Of a stretch of DNA of 64,000 nt, positions 1-14,153 are shown in pieces. The stretch is from Octopus sinensis (taxonomy: Eukaryota). The notes below the pieces were generated by a model, which did no database searches, was not told where the DNA came from, and saw only the letters and a list, made by a program, of their open reading frames with translations. Both the position numbers and the translations under genes were made by a program. How positions within the stretch are numbered: the stretch's first letter is position 1; every line of letters begins with the position of its first letter. The DNA is taken from NCBI RefSeq assembly GCF_006345805.1, contig NC_043005.1:89528001-89592000 (forward strand). The letters are read 5' to 3'.

Positions 1-1014
1 TCCTTTTTCTTTCCTTTTTTGTTATGACCCATTTTATCTTGCGATCCACTGAAGGGTTGGGACCCGTAGTTTGCAAAATACTGGTTTAGAGGATGCCATT
101 TGACAGATTTAGCTGCTGTTTCTTGAAGGCCAAGCAACTATGCAGGTGTTTACTTGGTGGCTCAGATGAAATATATAGGTTCCACACTCACTCAATTCAC
201 AGTCGAATGGTTAACGTCGTGTGTGTGTGAGGCAAGTAAATACCCAAGGGCTTGGATATGAAGCTTGCCAGATTCGGAGTTACGTGTTTATCTTATGCTT
301 ACTGAAATAGTTTTCTAAAGTTGACGATGGGGGGTAGTGGCTGCTTAAATCGTCATATCTTTCCTTTTCCTCACAGCAAAGAAATATCTAAAAAGGCTGT
401 TTATTATCATCAGAAAACAGAATTAAGAAAACACAATATTAAACCTCCTTTTTAATTTTGTTCTGTGTCGTCTTTATCTTGCAAACATTGTCTTCAGTCT
501 TTCCCTTTTGTTAAGATTATCAGGCTTGTCAACAACAACAATAATAATAATGATAATGATAATAATAAAAAGTATGCCTCATGCTAGGTGTTAAATCATT
601 GACAATAACTGAATTAGGAATTTCCTTTCTAATTAACCAGCTATAATTAACTGTCAGCTTCCCTGTGTTATATTGTCAACGAAGGTTTCTTTTGTTAAAT
701 GAGGGTCTCCTCACTGGAACAGGACACCATGTTTTTCAGAATTTTTTAAAACATTGTTTCAGAGTTTCTTTCATAAGAGAAGCAGTCTTTCCTGACAAAT
801 GATTCATGTCTGGTTAACATTTTTGTATTTAATGAGGGTGGTGAGGGTAGAGTTAATATCTTTTAAAGGGTTTTTTTTTTTTTGGTTTTGATGAAAATTA
901 CAGATTTACTTTATTGGGAATTAAATAAAAGTGAATTTTGAAGAGATATAGGTATTTTAAAGACCCTTTTACATGCCTTATTGTCAAGCATTAGGAATAG
1001 ATATATGCATGCAT

Positions 1015-1406
1015 AGGCATAGACATGGCTGTGTGGTAAGAAGCTTGCTTCCCAATCACACAGTTTCCAGGTTCTGTCCCACTGTGTGACATCTTGGCAG
1101 ATGGCTTCTATTGTAGCCTCGGGCTGACCAAAGCCTTGTGAGTGGACTTGGCAGACGGAAACTGGAAGAAGCCTATAGTATAAATGTGTGTGTCTGTGTT
1201 TGTGTCCCACCATCACTTGATAACTGGTATTGGTGTGTTTACATCCCTGTAACTTAGCAGTTTGGCAAAAGAAACTGATAGAATAAGTACAGGCTTAGAA
1301 TAAAAAAAATATGTTCTAGTCAATTCTTTCAGCTAAAAATTGGGGATGGGGGACAGTGCCCCAGCATGGCCATAGTGTAATGACTCAAACAAGTAAAAGA
1401 TAAAAA
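1015..1406 (+). mobile_element. tRNA-derived SINE family A, full length
   Basis: A-box TGGCTGTGTGG, B-box-like GGTTCTGTCC, CORE-like segment, internal (TA/TG)n, tail GTGCCCCAGCATGGCC...AAACAAGTAAAAGA. Confidence 0.85.
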
Positions 1407-1867
1407 GTGTGTGTGTGTATTTCACATTCATTTTTAATGCTAGCATGGGAGTGGGTGGGTGGGTTGGAGCAATTGTTTTTACAGCTGGTTGCTTTTACCT
1501 GCTGTGAACCACTTGAACCACACACACACATGCGTTAAGCTGGTGTCACACCATTATTTGCAGACAGACTGTTTTTACTTCCAATAAGAAGTTTGAGGAG
1601 TGGTTGCCCATAACTTTTATAGGTTTCTTTTCCAGACTGGTGAATTTGATTCCTCTGATAAAACCAGTCCAAACATCTGCAGGCCAGTGTCTGCAGGAAA
1701 ATTATGGCTTCGGAGAAAATGGGCGAAAGCCTGAGCAGAAGAATTTTTTTAAAGACTCGCCATTACTAAAGGATGGTGTTCAACAGGGAAAGGCATTCGG
1801 CCTTAAGTGGTGATGTAGAGTTTGTAGGTTAATATTCCTGACTCTTCATGTATATCCAGTGTGTATA

Positions 1868-2093
1868 GGCGCAGGAGTGGCTGTGTGGTAAGTAGCTTGC
1901 CTACCAACTACATGGTTCTGGGTTCAGTCCCACTGCGTGACACCTTGGGCAAGTGTCTTCTACTATAGCCTCGGGCTGACCAATGCCTTGTGAGTGGATT
2001 TGGTAGACGGAAACTGAAAGAAGCCTGTCGTATATATGTATCATCATCATCGTTTAACGTCCGCTTTCCATGCTAGCATGGGTTGGACGGTTA

Positions 2094-2171
<78 letters not shown>

Positions 2172-2387
2172 GTGTGTGTGTTTGTATGTCTGTGTTTGTC
2201 CCCCTAGCATTGCTTGACAACCAATGCTGGTGTGTTTACGTCCCCGTCACTTAGCGGTTCGGCAAAAGAGACCGATAGAATAAGTACTGGGCTTACAAAG
2301 AATAAGCCCCGGGGTCGATTTGCTCAACTAAAGGTGGTGCTCCAGCATGGCCGCAGTCAAATGACTGAAACAAGTAAAAAAAAAAAA
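1868..2387 (+). mobile_element. SINE family A with a ~55-bp family C tail (minus) inserted in its (TA)n tract
   Basis: Same consensus as 1015-1406; insert catcatcatcgtttaacgtccgc...ggacgg at ~2041-2095. Confidence 0.88.
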
Positions 2388-2764
2388 GAGTGTGTGCATG
2401 CGTATGTAGGCAGGCATGTGGCTTGGTGGTTAGGGCATTTGGCTGCTCACAATTGTAAGGTGGTAGGTTCATTTCTTGGACCAAATGCCACATTGCCCCT
2501 TAAATAAATGGACATTTCCTATTGTTCCAGTTTGCTCAGCTAACTGCTGCTAGTGTAACTCTCTCTCTGTCTCTCCCTCCCTCCAGCAAGCATGAGAGGG
2601 TTACGATGGTTGTAATGCATGTGCCTGGTGTACCCTTATCAGACGGGTAGTCATGATGGGTATATTGGACTTCATAGATTTGTACCCCTCCCCTGTGTCA
2701 CTTTGATGGTGTGTATTGCTCTCTCTCTCTAATTATAATAATAATAATGATGATGATTATAGTA

Positions 2765-3830
2765 ATGGTTTCAAATTTTGCTCCAAGGGCAGCAATTTTT
2801 TGGTGGAAGGGATGAGTCAATTACATTGACCCATAGTGTTCAACTGGTACTTATTTTATCGACCCTGAAAGAATGAAAGGTAAAGTTGACCTTGGCAGAA
2901 TTTTAATAATAATATCAGCATGTGCAGCAGGTATGGCAGCGGAAATTTCCACGAAACTATTGTCAAATAATAATAATTCTTTGTGATTTTGGTACAGAGC
3001 CAACACGTTTGAGGGAAGGGGCTTAATTGATTACATCAACCCCAGTGCTTAACTGGGTCACAAAAAGGATAAAAGGCAAAATCGACCTCAGCAGAATTTG
3101 AACTCAGAATGTAAAGAGCTGGAAGGAAATGCTGCTAAGCATTTTGTCTGCTGCGCTACCAGTTCTATCAGCTTACCTCGTTAATAACTTTTTTTTTTTG
3201 TAATTTTGACTGTAGGCCAATAATTTTAGTGGCCAAGTGATTAGTTGATTGCATCAACCTCAGTGCTCAATTTTATCAACCCTGAAAGGATGAAAGGCAA
3301 AGTCGATTTCGGTAGTATTTGAACTCAAACATAATGTGCTGAAAGAAATGCTGCCAAGTGTTTTGTCTGGCACACTAAACAATTCTGCTAAGTCAACACC
3401 TTAATAATAATCCTTTCTACTCTAGGCACAAAGCCTGGAAAATTTGGGGTGATGGGGCAGGTGCTCCAGTGCACAACTGGTATTCTATTGACCCTGAAAA
3501 GATGAAGGGCAAAGTCAACCGTAGTGGAATTTGAACTCACAACATAGAAACAAAGCTAAGCATTTTGCCCAGTGTGCAAATGATTCTGCCAACTTGCCAC
3601 CTTTATAATAATAATAATAATAATAATTTCTAATATAGGCACAGGGCTTGAAATTTGGAGGGAGGGGCTAAGTTGATTACATTAACCCCAGTTCATAACT
3701 GGTACTTATTTCATCAACCCTGAAAGGCAAAGTTGACCTTGGTGGAGTTTGAACTCAGAATGTAGCAATGAGCAAAATACTGCTAAGCATAATGATTCTG
3801 CCAGCTTGCCTAATAATAATAATAATAATA
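2765..3830 (-). mobile_element. Head-to-tail array of ~5 SINE family B copies separated by (AAT)n
   Basis: Repeated block actggtacttattttatcgaccctgaaaggatgaaaggcaaagtcgacc...aatttgaactcagaa...ctaagcattt...gccagc..ccttaataat. Confidence 0.88.
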
Positions 3831-5193
3831 ATAAAGGAAAAATTACACAAGTGCTACGATTATTTGTTTCCTCGGCCACTATAATAAAAACTTCATTTTC
3901 TCAAGCACCCTCTAGAGGTGAGTGTGGTTTAAGCGCTAGGCTCTGTAACGGTCATGGCAAAATTCTCTCCCACCCACATACAATTTCTTCATTAGAATAA
4001 ATTTTTGATTTCAACTAATACTTGGAATTTTAATGATCTGAAGTTAACTTCTAATTAACAACAATGTATTTTTAAAGAATTTGAAAAAAAAAAGCAAAAC
4101 AATCCAAATTCATAAGAGGAACCATTTTTGTTTTAAACCAGTCATTCCTTGACAGGCTTGGGGTGAGCAGGGGAAAAAAAACGGCAAAATGGTTTTAATG
4201 ACCTATATAAAAATACCACTTGTCACTAACTGCTCATTTTTTTGTTGCATTTCAACATCTCTCTCTTTCTCTCTTTTCACTTTTCTATTTTTTCTTTCTT
4301 CTTCTGTCCCTAAAACCTGCCTTGTCTACAGTTCCTCTTAGCTAGCTAGTGTGTGCATGCATGCATGCGTGTGTGTGTGTGTGTGCTCGTGTAGTTCTAT
4401 TTAGCAGCAGCTACCATTATTCTGTGTCAACTCTTGTCTGACACATGACAAGAGTATGTTGGACTGTGTTACTGCATCACTCTCAAACTCCACACCCAAG
4501 CCAACAATATTTTGTCTGTGAATGTATATACAATGTACATCCTACCAATATGTGTGTGTGTGCATATAATATATATATACACACACACATGCACGCACAC
4601 AAAACGTTTATGAAACTGGGATAGCAATATAGTTTAAATATTTTTTTCTCTCATATTCAAAACTTTTTACTGTTTGTTGCATTTTCAATAATTATGTCAA
4701 TATATATATAATAGCAAGAAGGGTTGAAAAAGTTAAATGTATTTAAAATGATGAGGATAATAACGTTAATTGAAGTTGAAGGAACTCTGTATTTCTTCTG
4801 TAACAATGGACCTGAGCAAAGTTCTCTGACTCATTTCAATTCACAACCGCCTTTATATAAACAGAAGACAGTTTGGCCAACTGTGTTAGTCATTAGCAAA
4901 TTTCTACACTTGTACTAAAGGCTCTCTTTTCTTTTCTTTTTCCATTTTGTTTTTGTGGGTGGGTAAAGTTTGTTGGCACTTTTCTTTCAGTAGATAATTC
5001 TTTAATTAATATCAGTACAGTAGGTTATTCTTAACTAATCAGACTATGTATTCTAAACGATGGTACCACAGCAAAGGAACTGTTGTACCCAAAGCTGTTT
5101 GGTTTAAACATTAGCACCCAAAGCAACATTAATAAGTTTACCATAACCAGTTTTAAAGTTAAGATGGAAATTAAATATTATTATGAGGGGAAA

Positions 5194-5247
<54 letters not shown>

Positions 5248-6869
5248 GTGTGTGTGTGTGCTTCATTTTTGTATCTGGTTTGCAAGATTCTTTTTGTGAA
5301 TTTGTGTGTTGAAACATTTTGTGTCTGGGGAAAGTTATTGTGCTGATATTATTAACACATGCATTTGTTCAATTAGTCTTTTAACTATGGCCATGCTGGG
5401 GTACCACCTTGAAGTGTGATGAATTGTAGGGAAAAATAAAAGAAGCAAAATGTGCAGTAATTTTATATTGGACAATGTATATATATATTTATGAAATAAA
5501 ATATTTGCATAGTCAACTGGTTTCACTTGTGCTAATCATGACTAAGAAGTTAGCGATAATATTACAAGTTAGCGATAATATTACAACTGTGAAAGGCTAA
5601 AACAATGTGATGTGCATTGTGACCAGTGATGTATAACTCCATCCAGTAGTCTGGTTGATACTGTACACATGTCTATGTAGTTAAGATGGAAGAGCTCTGT
5701 ATGGTCATCATCATTTAACATTGTTCTTCCATACAGCCATGGGTGGAATGGCTCAACAGTATCCAATGCATCAAGGTGCTGTCAAGTGCCAGTATTTGCT
5801 TTGGTGTGGTTCCTGCAGTTGGATGCCCTTCATAACACCTGAAAGAGTATGTACTGGGTGCTTTTTCATGGCACCTGCACCAGAAAGGTTTGCAAATAAC
5901 TTGCAAGAAAAAAGAAAAAGAAAAGCCCTTAGTGCTGAGGTGGTGGTGGCATTGTGCCAGGTGATGAGAATTCAAATTATGATAGAGGAGCAGGAACAGG
6001 TGTTTTGCTGTTGGAGATACAATGCTACCTTGCATTATATAAGGGTGGGTTAAAGTAGCTGGAAAGATCTATATCTTTTATCTTTCTTTTACTTGTTTTT
6101 TAACTTTTTTAACAAACATAACTTCCTCACAGTTTCTGTCTACCAAATTCATTCACAAGGCATTGGTCAGCCTAGGGCTATAATAGAAGACACATACCAA
6201 AGGTGCTGTGCAGTGGGACTGAACCCCAAACCACAAGGTTGTGAAGCAAGCTTCTTAAACTTTTAGTTGTGCATGTGCCTTATATCTATAACCCTACTCA
6301 CATAAATTTATCTTGAAATTACTGATGGTGAGATGGAGTGAATCATTAAGTTACTGGCTGAAATATAACAGACTAGTTTCTAAATAGAATCAACTTGAGG
6401 TCCTTCCAGAATGGCTTTGTCTTTCATCTTTCTACTACTGACCAAAATCAATGATCTGTAATGGTATCCATGTTATTGATTAGATTCCATTCATTCAGTC
6501 ATTGATGTTGCATCTGTTTATGAAGACTTCTGTTTATTATTTATATTTATTATAAGAGAGAGAAATGAGACCATTTAATGAGATGAAATGAGTACCAGTT
6601 AAGCACTGGGGTCGATGTAATCAACTTGCCCCATTCCCTTGAAAAATTTCAGGCGTTGTGCTTTTTGTAGAAAGGATTATTATGAGGGCTGAATTATTCA
6701 ATTGTTGGTAAAAATATCTTATGGCACTTTACGTTTTGTGTTGAAATCTCACCAAAGTAAGCTTACTTTTAATCTTAAACTGGGTTGATAAAATAAGTAC
6801 CAATCAAATACTGGGGTTAGTATAAATCACTCCACTCTCTCAGATTTCTGGGTTTGTGCCTAAGAAAGA

Positions 6870-7100
6870 AATCCAGAGATTGACCAACTCGATTGCACTA
6901 CCCGAAAGACAATGACATTGCATGGTACCATCCACCCTAAGGTAAATGTACACAGGCTCTACAAGAAGAGTGGTAAAGGTGGACGTGGACTGATTAGTGT
7001 ACAGGAGTGCATCAATAATGAGAAACATGGCAGAATATTTGGTAAACAGCAAACAAGACACACTACAGTATGCTGCTGGTGCAGAAGGAGTTAACAAAAA
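6870..7100 (+). mobile_element. R4/Dong-type non-LTR retrotransposon ORF fragment
   Basis: QLDCTTRKTMTLHGTIHPKVNVHRLYKKSGKGGRGLISVQE resembles the HPKxxVxRLYLPRxxGGRGL post-RT motif of RLE-clade LINEs. Confidence 0.7.
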
Positions 7101-9707
7101 TAGACTTAAGAGTGCTCATGAAATCCCTTAGTCTTGGGTTCCTCTATATGTTTGCTCTAGCTTTCCCCTATATCAATTCTCAGCAGTCTAGAAGCCCTGC
7201 AATTGTCATACTTGCTACTCCTTTTCTTGCATGGTTTAATTCCTGTCCAAATTGTTGGTAACGAAAGCTTTGGAATTCTAAACAGTAACAGGATGTCTTT
7301 TTGTGTGTGATAAACTCTTTGACTAGTGGTGTTTATAGATGGTTTGATGTTTTGTGGTATGATATATATTTAACAAATCCACTTATGATGTCATGGTCAG
7401 CCCAAGGCTATAGCATTTGCCTAAGGTGCCACTCAGTGGGACTTGAACCTGAAACTGTGTGGTTGGGACACATACTCCTCACCACACAACCATACCTGTG
7501 CCTGATATCAGTGCATTTCAAAATTATTCAAATGTTCTTAATTCCCACTGCTGTGCACACGGTTGCATTAGTTTCTGTATGAGGTACTTTACATATATAT
7601 ATATATATTCATTCCACTTGTTGGTCTGGTGGGTACCGGAGTAAATATTCATATATATTTCTGTGCTCTGTTCAGGGTATTACTCAGTAAAGAAAGAGAT
7701 CTTAGATCAACTTCCTTCATCTAACCATCCCCACTGCTGCCATCAAAGACCTCACCACACTGCAATCAACACTGAGTTCACACTCCCATTAGCACACTTA
7801 ATCCTGCCTCTGCTCATCCTCACCCCACTCCTCTCATCTGCCGTTTCTACCTCTCCCCACCATCTACAGTTTCTGCATCACTACGGCAATCATGGTTCCT
7901 TTCACCTTGGTGGTGGTAGTTGAATCGAGGATAAATTTATGAGGATTCAGTTTCTGAAGGTATTGAGAATAAACTGAAGTTTTGTCTTTAGTCATAGGTT
8001 AATCTTTGAACAAACAGTTGTAGTAGCTGCTGCTGCTGCCACTACCACTACTACTGTTATTTCTCAAACGATTGAGATGGCTGATTAGGGAGGGTGTCTG
8101 AGGGGGTTGGGAGTGGATGCAAAGAAATTGAATAATCTTTTGCACACTTAGAAAAAAAGGGGGTGGGTGGGTAGGCTTAAATTCTTCATAGTTTTAATTT
8201 TAACATTTTAATATTTTTTTTTTTCAGTATTGACTTTTCGCATTCATTATTTTTTTTTTCCTCAGTAAATTAAATTCAGCGTCATTGGCAGGGAAGATAG
8301 TATTACCTTCTGTGATGTCATCTGCAAAGAATTCAGTCTGAACTCCCTCATCCCCCTCTTTTTATTTTCAGAAAAGAAAAAAGGAAAATGATCAAAAGTT
8401 TTCTAAATTCAATACATTGAGTCTTTTTCGGCACTTTTTCTCTTTTCTTCCATTTTTGTTCTTATTTTGTATTGCTTTAGCAAACATTAGCAGTGCGACT
8501 GTAAGTTTTTGTAAGAAGCAAGTTTGTAGTGCCCCCCCCCTCAGTTATCCGGTTAGTGTAGCAGTACATATTTTGCTAATGTCTTCTTATTAGTAAGGGC
8601 ATAAACACTACAAATCCCCATGTTATCACTTGAGAACATATTTGAAGCTGCAATATTACTTCAATAGCTCAATTGTCTCAGAAAATACTTTCTCAATTCC
8701 TGCCAGAAATTCCTTAATTTACTTTGCTATATTCTGTTGTGCCATTTGCAAATGTATGGATTTTGCAACTTCCCTTTAAAAACTTTAATTTGAAATTGAA
8801 TTAAAAAAGGAAAAAAATTAGCAGTATCATGGTAATTGTTGTTGAGGGTGTATTTACCATCTTTCATCTTCATCATTTAACATCTGTTTTCCATACCGAC
8901 ATGGGATGGAGGATTTGACAGCAGCTGGCAAGGCCAGGAGTCACACTAGGTTTCATAGTCTGTTCTGGCATGGTTTCTACAGCTTGATGCCCTTCCTAAT
9001 GCCAACCACTTTACAGAATGTACCGGGTGCTTATGCGGCACTATCACTAGTGCTTTTTACATGGCACCAGCATTAATGCTTTTCAAACATGGCACCATCA
9101 CCAGTGCCTTTTATGTGGTACCATCACCAGTGCCTTTTTTTACAGGGGACCAATTATATATTAGAGTGTTGTTTGATATCATTATAATCTACCATGGGGA
9201 CATGGTGGAGAGCTTTTGGCTTTCATTGGTTACTGCCTAACAATATATTGTGACAAAGTATCTCAGCGAGCAGAGAGTTGCTCCGGGTTGAGCTGCTACT
9301 TCTCTGCTTTGAAAGGTCACAGCTTTGTTAGTACAGGCAGAGCGACAGCTAAACTACTAGATCAATGAAAAATGAGGTTTGATAATATCCATAGTCTCAA
9401 TTGGTCAAACTTAATCTAGCTGGAAACTTATGACGTTTGCTTCTGATTGAATGTTATGGAGGCAGTGCCTGAGGTCTCTGTCCTCAGAAATAGTGGGCGG
9501 AGAAGATGGATGGACATATTGGGTAAAGATTGTTTGCCAACATAACATGGCAGTCCTGGTATAGGACTAATGTTGCTGTAATTTAGCCCTAGGAGACATC
9601 GTCTCCAGCTGGCTATACAACACGATCTGTTGGTGAATATCTCATGTGAGAATTAAAATTAGTAATTTTCAGATATATTGGAGTTTTGTAAGCTTGGTCA
9701 CGCACAC

Positions 9708-9746
<39 letters not shown>

Positions 9747-10944
9747 AAGGAATAGGGATTTAGAATACAAGAAGGTACCCTATTAGTACTCTGATATGAT
9801 CCAGATCTCGCCAACCACATTGAATGATAGGGAACTTACAGAATATCGTACTTCATCGATAGGTAAATCCAGAGTTTGCTTCATTGGATTTCATATATAT
9901 ATATATATATATATATTTTCAAAGGTTAGACAGAAAAGGGAAAAATAGACGAGAAATGGGTGAAAACATAACGAACAGTAAAAGGAGACAAAAATGTGAA
10001 AGAAGGAACATTTGCAGCTGATTTTCTCATCAGTTGGTTTCCAAGACATCTTAGTGGTTTCGCACCTGTTGCTGTGTGATGATGTCTTGGTTTGCCTATG
10101 AAATCTCTTAGAGAACTTTCTTCTTTGACATCTTGTCTGGAATACGCATATTGATTTCACTAAAGCTAGTTCCTTAAAACTTAGTATTCTAGGCACATTT
10201 TATTGCTGATGGGTTGACTTTAGTATTGATTTTTTTTTTTGTTTCAAATTGCTTTTTTTTATTTGCAATATTTGTGTCATCATGCTGGTTGTTAGGCTGT
10301 AATGTCAGGACATGGATTTGTTATCAGCAGGCATCATATCAATGATTGTGTCATTGAAATCCCTCACATGTCAGCTGAGTCTTTTAATCCCTCTGGGATT
10401 GGTTAGAAAAAAGGTGGAGTGATTGGACTGTTATTTATTGAATTAACCACAGGTATGATGTCTGTAGTTTTGAGACCTGACAACCATCATATATTCATTC
10501 ATTCATTGTTTAATGTCTGTTTGTCTATACAAGTGTAGGTTTCAACAGGGAGTTATTTGAGGCAGGATGTCCATGGTTGGATGCTTCTGTCAACAACTCT
10601 GACTTGTTTTCAAATAAGGGATTTTTATTCGAGAAGTCTTCAAACGCACAGAGTGACTGGTCATAATGTGGGACACCAACATTCATGAATGTGTGCACAC
10701 AGTGTATGAATGTCATAAAATCCATCTGCAATATTTAAAGGCTTTGTAATTAACACATTTATTAAACTCCAATACATTATTACAACACAACAGATACTAG
10801 TTTCAAATTTTGACACAAGGCCAGCAACTTTGGGGGTCACGTTTTCTTTGAACCCTTACAATCCTGTTCTGTTCAGCAACTCTGTTGGTACTGCTTCCCT
10901 TAGCAGAGCAGTCTTGTGCTTGAGTCCCCCAACTCCTACATGTA

Positions 10945-11167
10945 TTCTTTTCTACTCTAGGCACAAGGCCCAAAACTTTTGGGGAGGGGAGAGTGCCAGT
11001 CGATTAGATCGACCTCAGTACGCAACTAGTACTTAATTTATCGACCCCAAAAGGATGAAAGGCAAAGTCGACCTTGGCGGAATTTGAACTCAGAACATAA
11101 AGGCAGATGAAATACCGCTAAGCATTTCGCCCAGTTTGCTAAAGTTTCTGCCAGCTCACCACCTTAA
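10945..11167 (-). mobile_element. SINE family B single copy (others at ~6585-6870, 45760-45960, 48810-49026, 56612-56842, 62270-62505)
   Basis: tRNA-like head GGTGAGCTGGCAGAA...GAGTTCAAATTCC on the minus strand; central GTCGACTTTGCCTTTCATCCTTT domain; TTGTGCCTAGAGTAGAAA tail. Confidence 0.85.
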
Positions 11168-11589
11168 ATACATATATTATGCTTGTTTGTTTAACATTTT
11201 TTTTTTTTCTGTGGTTGCATGGATTTAGATGATGTATTTGAGGCAGGATTTTACAGCAAGATGCTCCTCCTGTCACCGACCCTTACCAAGTAAGGGATAT
11301 CTCTATTTCACATGTCTTTGAAAGTGCAAAGAAATCAGTCACAACCTCAACAGTGGATGTTGATATCAACACTGTATTGCTCTGGTGGCAACAACTTGGA
11401 ATATATCAGCATTGATGCACTCACATATTCTCTTCATCAACTTCCCAAACATGGCATTGCTTGGCCTGGGAATATAGTAGAAGATATTTACCCAAAATGT
11501 TGTGCAGTGCAATTGAATCTGAAAACACATGGTTGCAAAGCAAGCTTCTTAATTACCACGGCCATGTGTGTGCCTATAGAACTGTGAGC

Positions 11590-11647
11590 CTCTCTGGTTT
11601 TCTGCATGTCAGGCGGAGAGCATACTTACCACTGTACTAGAGAAACC
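11590..11647 (-). pseudogene. tRNA-Val-like 5' fragment (tRNA pseudogene or SINE head)
   Basis: Minus strand GTTTCTCTAGTACAGTGGTAAGTATGCTCTCCGCCTGACATGCAG resembles a tRNA-Val 5' half; no T-arm or 3' acceptor strand. Confidence 0.4.
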
Positions 11648-11730
11648 CTCTCCCCCTCTTTCTCCCTCTCTCTCTCTTTATATATATATACACACACACA
11701 CACACAACACACATGGTGCTCACATGCACA

Positions 11731-13315
11731 CACTGGTGTTCATAAGTATTCATAATGTCTAGAATAAAATTGATTTTTTAAAAAATATTCCTCTTATCAC
11801 TAATTGGTTTGTAATATCTTTTGTATATTATTTATACTTTATTAATATACACAGTTTCATTTAATTATTAATTTATTTTTACTAAGGATAACAATCAAAA
11901 TTCACAAAATTATAGGATGACGTGTGTGCAAAATTATTCGTTAACATTTTGTTTAATAGCTAATTGTGAAGCCTTTATTATTAATAATCATATTTGATCT
12001 TTTTGTATAACTAGAAAACTAACTTAACACAAATTTTTTTTTATCAATTTGCCCATTCCTCATTGGCAGTCGTCTCTAAAATGTTCAAATTTTTTTGCAT
12101 CTTTTCTGAATCTGAGCTTTGAAGTGGTACCAAAGGTTTCCATTTGGATCCATGTCTGGTGTTAATATCCTTTTCACTGAGCCATGCAATCACTAATTCC
12201 AACATCTGCTTTGCATCATTATCTTGTTGAAAGATCCAATTGTTTCCAAGTGTCAACTCTTCTGCTGGCACTTGAAGATTTTCATCTAATATTTTGACAT
12301 AATCCTTTATTTTTTTTCATCTGGTCTTTGAAGCAACTAGTCATCCTGGGTTGGTTGCTGAAAAATATTCCCCAAAACATTGTTTCCACCACCATGCTTC
12401 ACAGTAGAAATGGAGTTTGGGGGTTGAAAAGTTTGCCCAGATTTCTCTCAAAATGTGGGTGTTCTTGATATGGCCCAAAAGTTCAATTCTGATCTCATCA
12501 AACCTCAGTGCCTTTGACCAAAACTGAGCAGCTTTCTTTAACATGCTTTTTTGCATAGTTTAGCTGAGCCTTATTGTAGCTGGGCTTGAGCAGGGTTTTT
12601 GATTCTTCTTGCTTTGTCACATGCAGAGCCAAATGTCCACAATGCCCTCCTTGTAGCTGCCCAAACTGATTGATGACCTTTTTTGCTGTTGCCCTTAGTC
12701 CACACTCCATTCATCTCACCAGCCTTTGCATGAGTTCATCTTACCACTTTCGTTTTCTTCTCATCCTTTCTCTATTTGTCACACAATCGATGGTTTGATA
12801 TTTCTTAACAATTGATTGCATAGTTAGTATTTTGACAGAAAACCATTTAGAAATCTTCCTGTATCCATTGCCAGACATGTGAGCTCTTACAGTCTTTTTC
12901 TCTCAGGTCAACATTGCTCTCTGTTTTTGCTTCTGCAGTTTTTATATACTAATTGAAATCACAAGAAAAAATGTCAATAGTATTGATATGTGTAAGGTTT
13001 TATTAATAATTATTAATAATAATATATTTGATATTTTTAATTTTTAATAGTTTTGTATCATTTTAAATCAATTTTTAAACAAAAATAGTTATTAAACAAA
13101 ATGTTATAAATAATTTTGCACACGTGTCGTCCTATAATTTTTTGAATTGTGTTAAATTCGTTATCTGTTGCAAAAATAGATTAATATACACAATCTCATT
13201 TAATTATTAAACTATATACAAAATAATATTAAAAAAAAATATTGTAAACCTATTGGTGACAGGAAGAGTATATTTTTAAATAAAATCAATTTTATTCTAA
13301 GTGTTTTGAGCACTG
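11731..13315 (-). mobile_element. Tc1-like (IR/DR, Sleeping Beauty-type) fossil, ~1.6 kb
   Basis: Long imperfect inverted termini (~11731-11965 vs ~13085-13315, sharing tagaataaaattgatttt and gtgtgcaaaattatt). Minus-strand remnants HMSGNGYRKISK, FWSKALRFDE, TVKHGGG and WIFQQDNDAKQ. Confidence 0.88.
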
Positions 13316-13592
13316 CTACTACTATACACACGAGAAAAACAAGAACCTGTATGCAGCTAGTATAGATGAGAAAAAGTGGCCAATATATGATGAAATGTGT
13401 TTGTTGACATAGTTCGGCTATTTTTGACAATTCATTTGTTCATCTCCACACAACAATATAAACAACTTCTAGGTTACTTGGTCCTGAAGATTAACTCACC
13501 TGGTTCTGTGTATATAACTAGCATTGCTATGAAATGGTTGTAGTCCATGTTTTAGCTGTTCCATTACTTACTTTCTTGGATATATATATATA

Positions 13593-14153
13593 CTAGCAGC
13601 ATAGCCCGGCGTTGCCCGGTTATGTAAGAGCCCCTAGTAGGCAACGACTAATCCCTATCTAGTCCTTTCCCTCTAGGGAACGAAGGCGCATGTGTAGGTT
13701 GCAATGTCTTCTCTTCACTCGAATGCTTCTGTGTATACGATGTTCCTAGCTGTTCCTTTGGGCGAAAACATGAAAACATCATTGCGCCTCCCAACGCGTG
13801 AACAGCCCACGTAGAGTTGACCGTGGGCGAAGCACTGTTCGCCCAACTGTAACCCAGCGACTTGTAGCGTTTGGCCTTGGGATTTATTGATGGAGTTGAG
13901 AGTTAAAAAGGTTGAGTTGCGTCCCCTAGACAGTCTGTGGTTTATGTTTCTGATTCTCGACCCCATGTCGAATTTATCAATTTTTTTCAGAACTGGGGCA
14001 ACTTTTCAAAATTTTCGCTGCATTAGTTTTTAATTATGACATTGGGCTATGTGTGTGTCAAGTTTCATCAGAATCGGTTGAAAGCCGTGGTCAAGGTGAG
14101 GGTACAACCTGACAGACACACAGACACACAGACAGACAAACTGCCGTTTATAT

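Noticed and set aside
1868-1940. SINE heads as tRNA genes
   Set aside because: A/B boxes only, no cloverleaf, and contiguous with SINE bodies.
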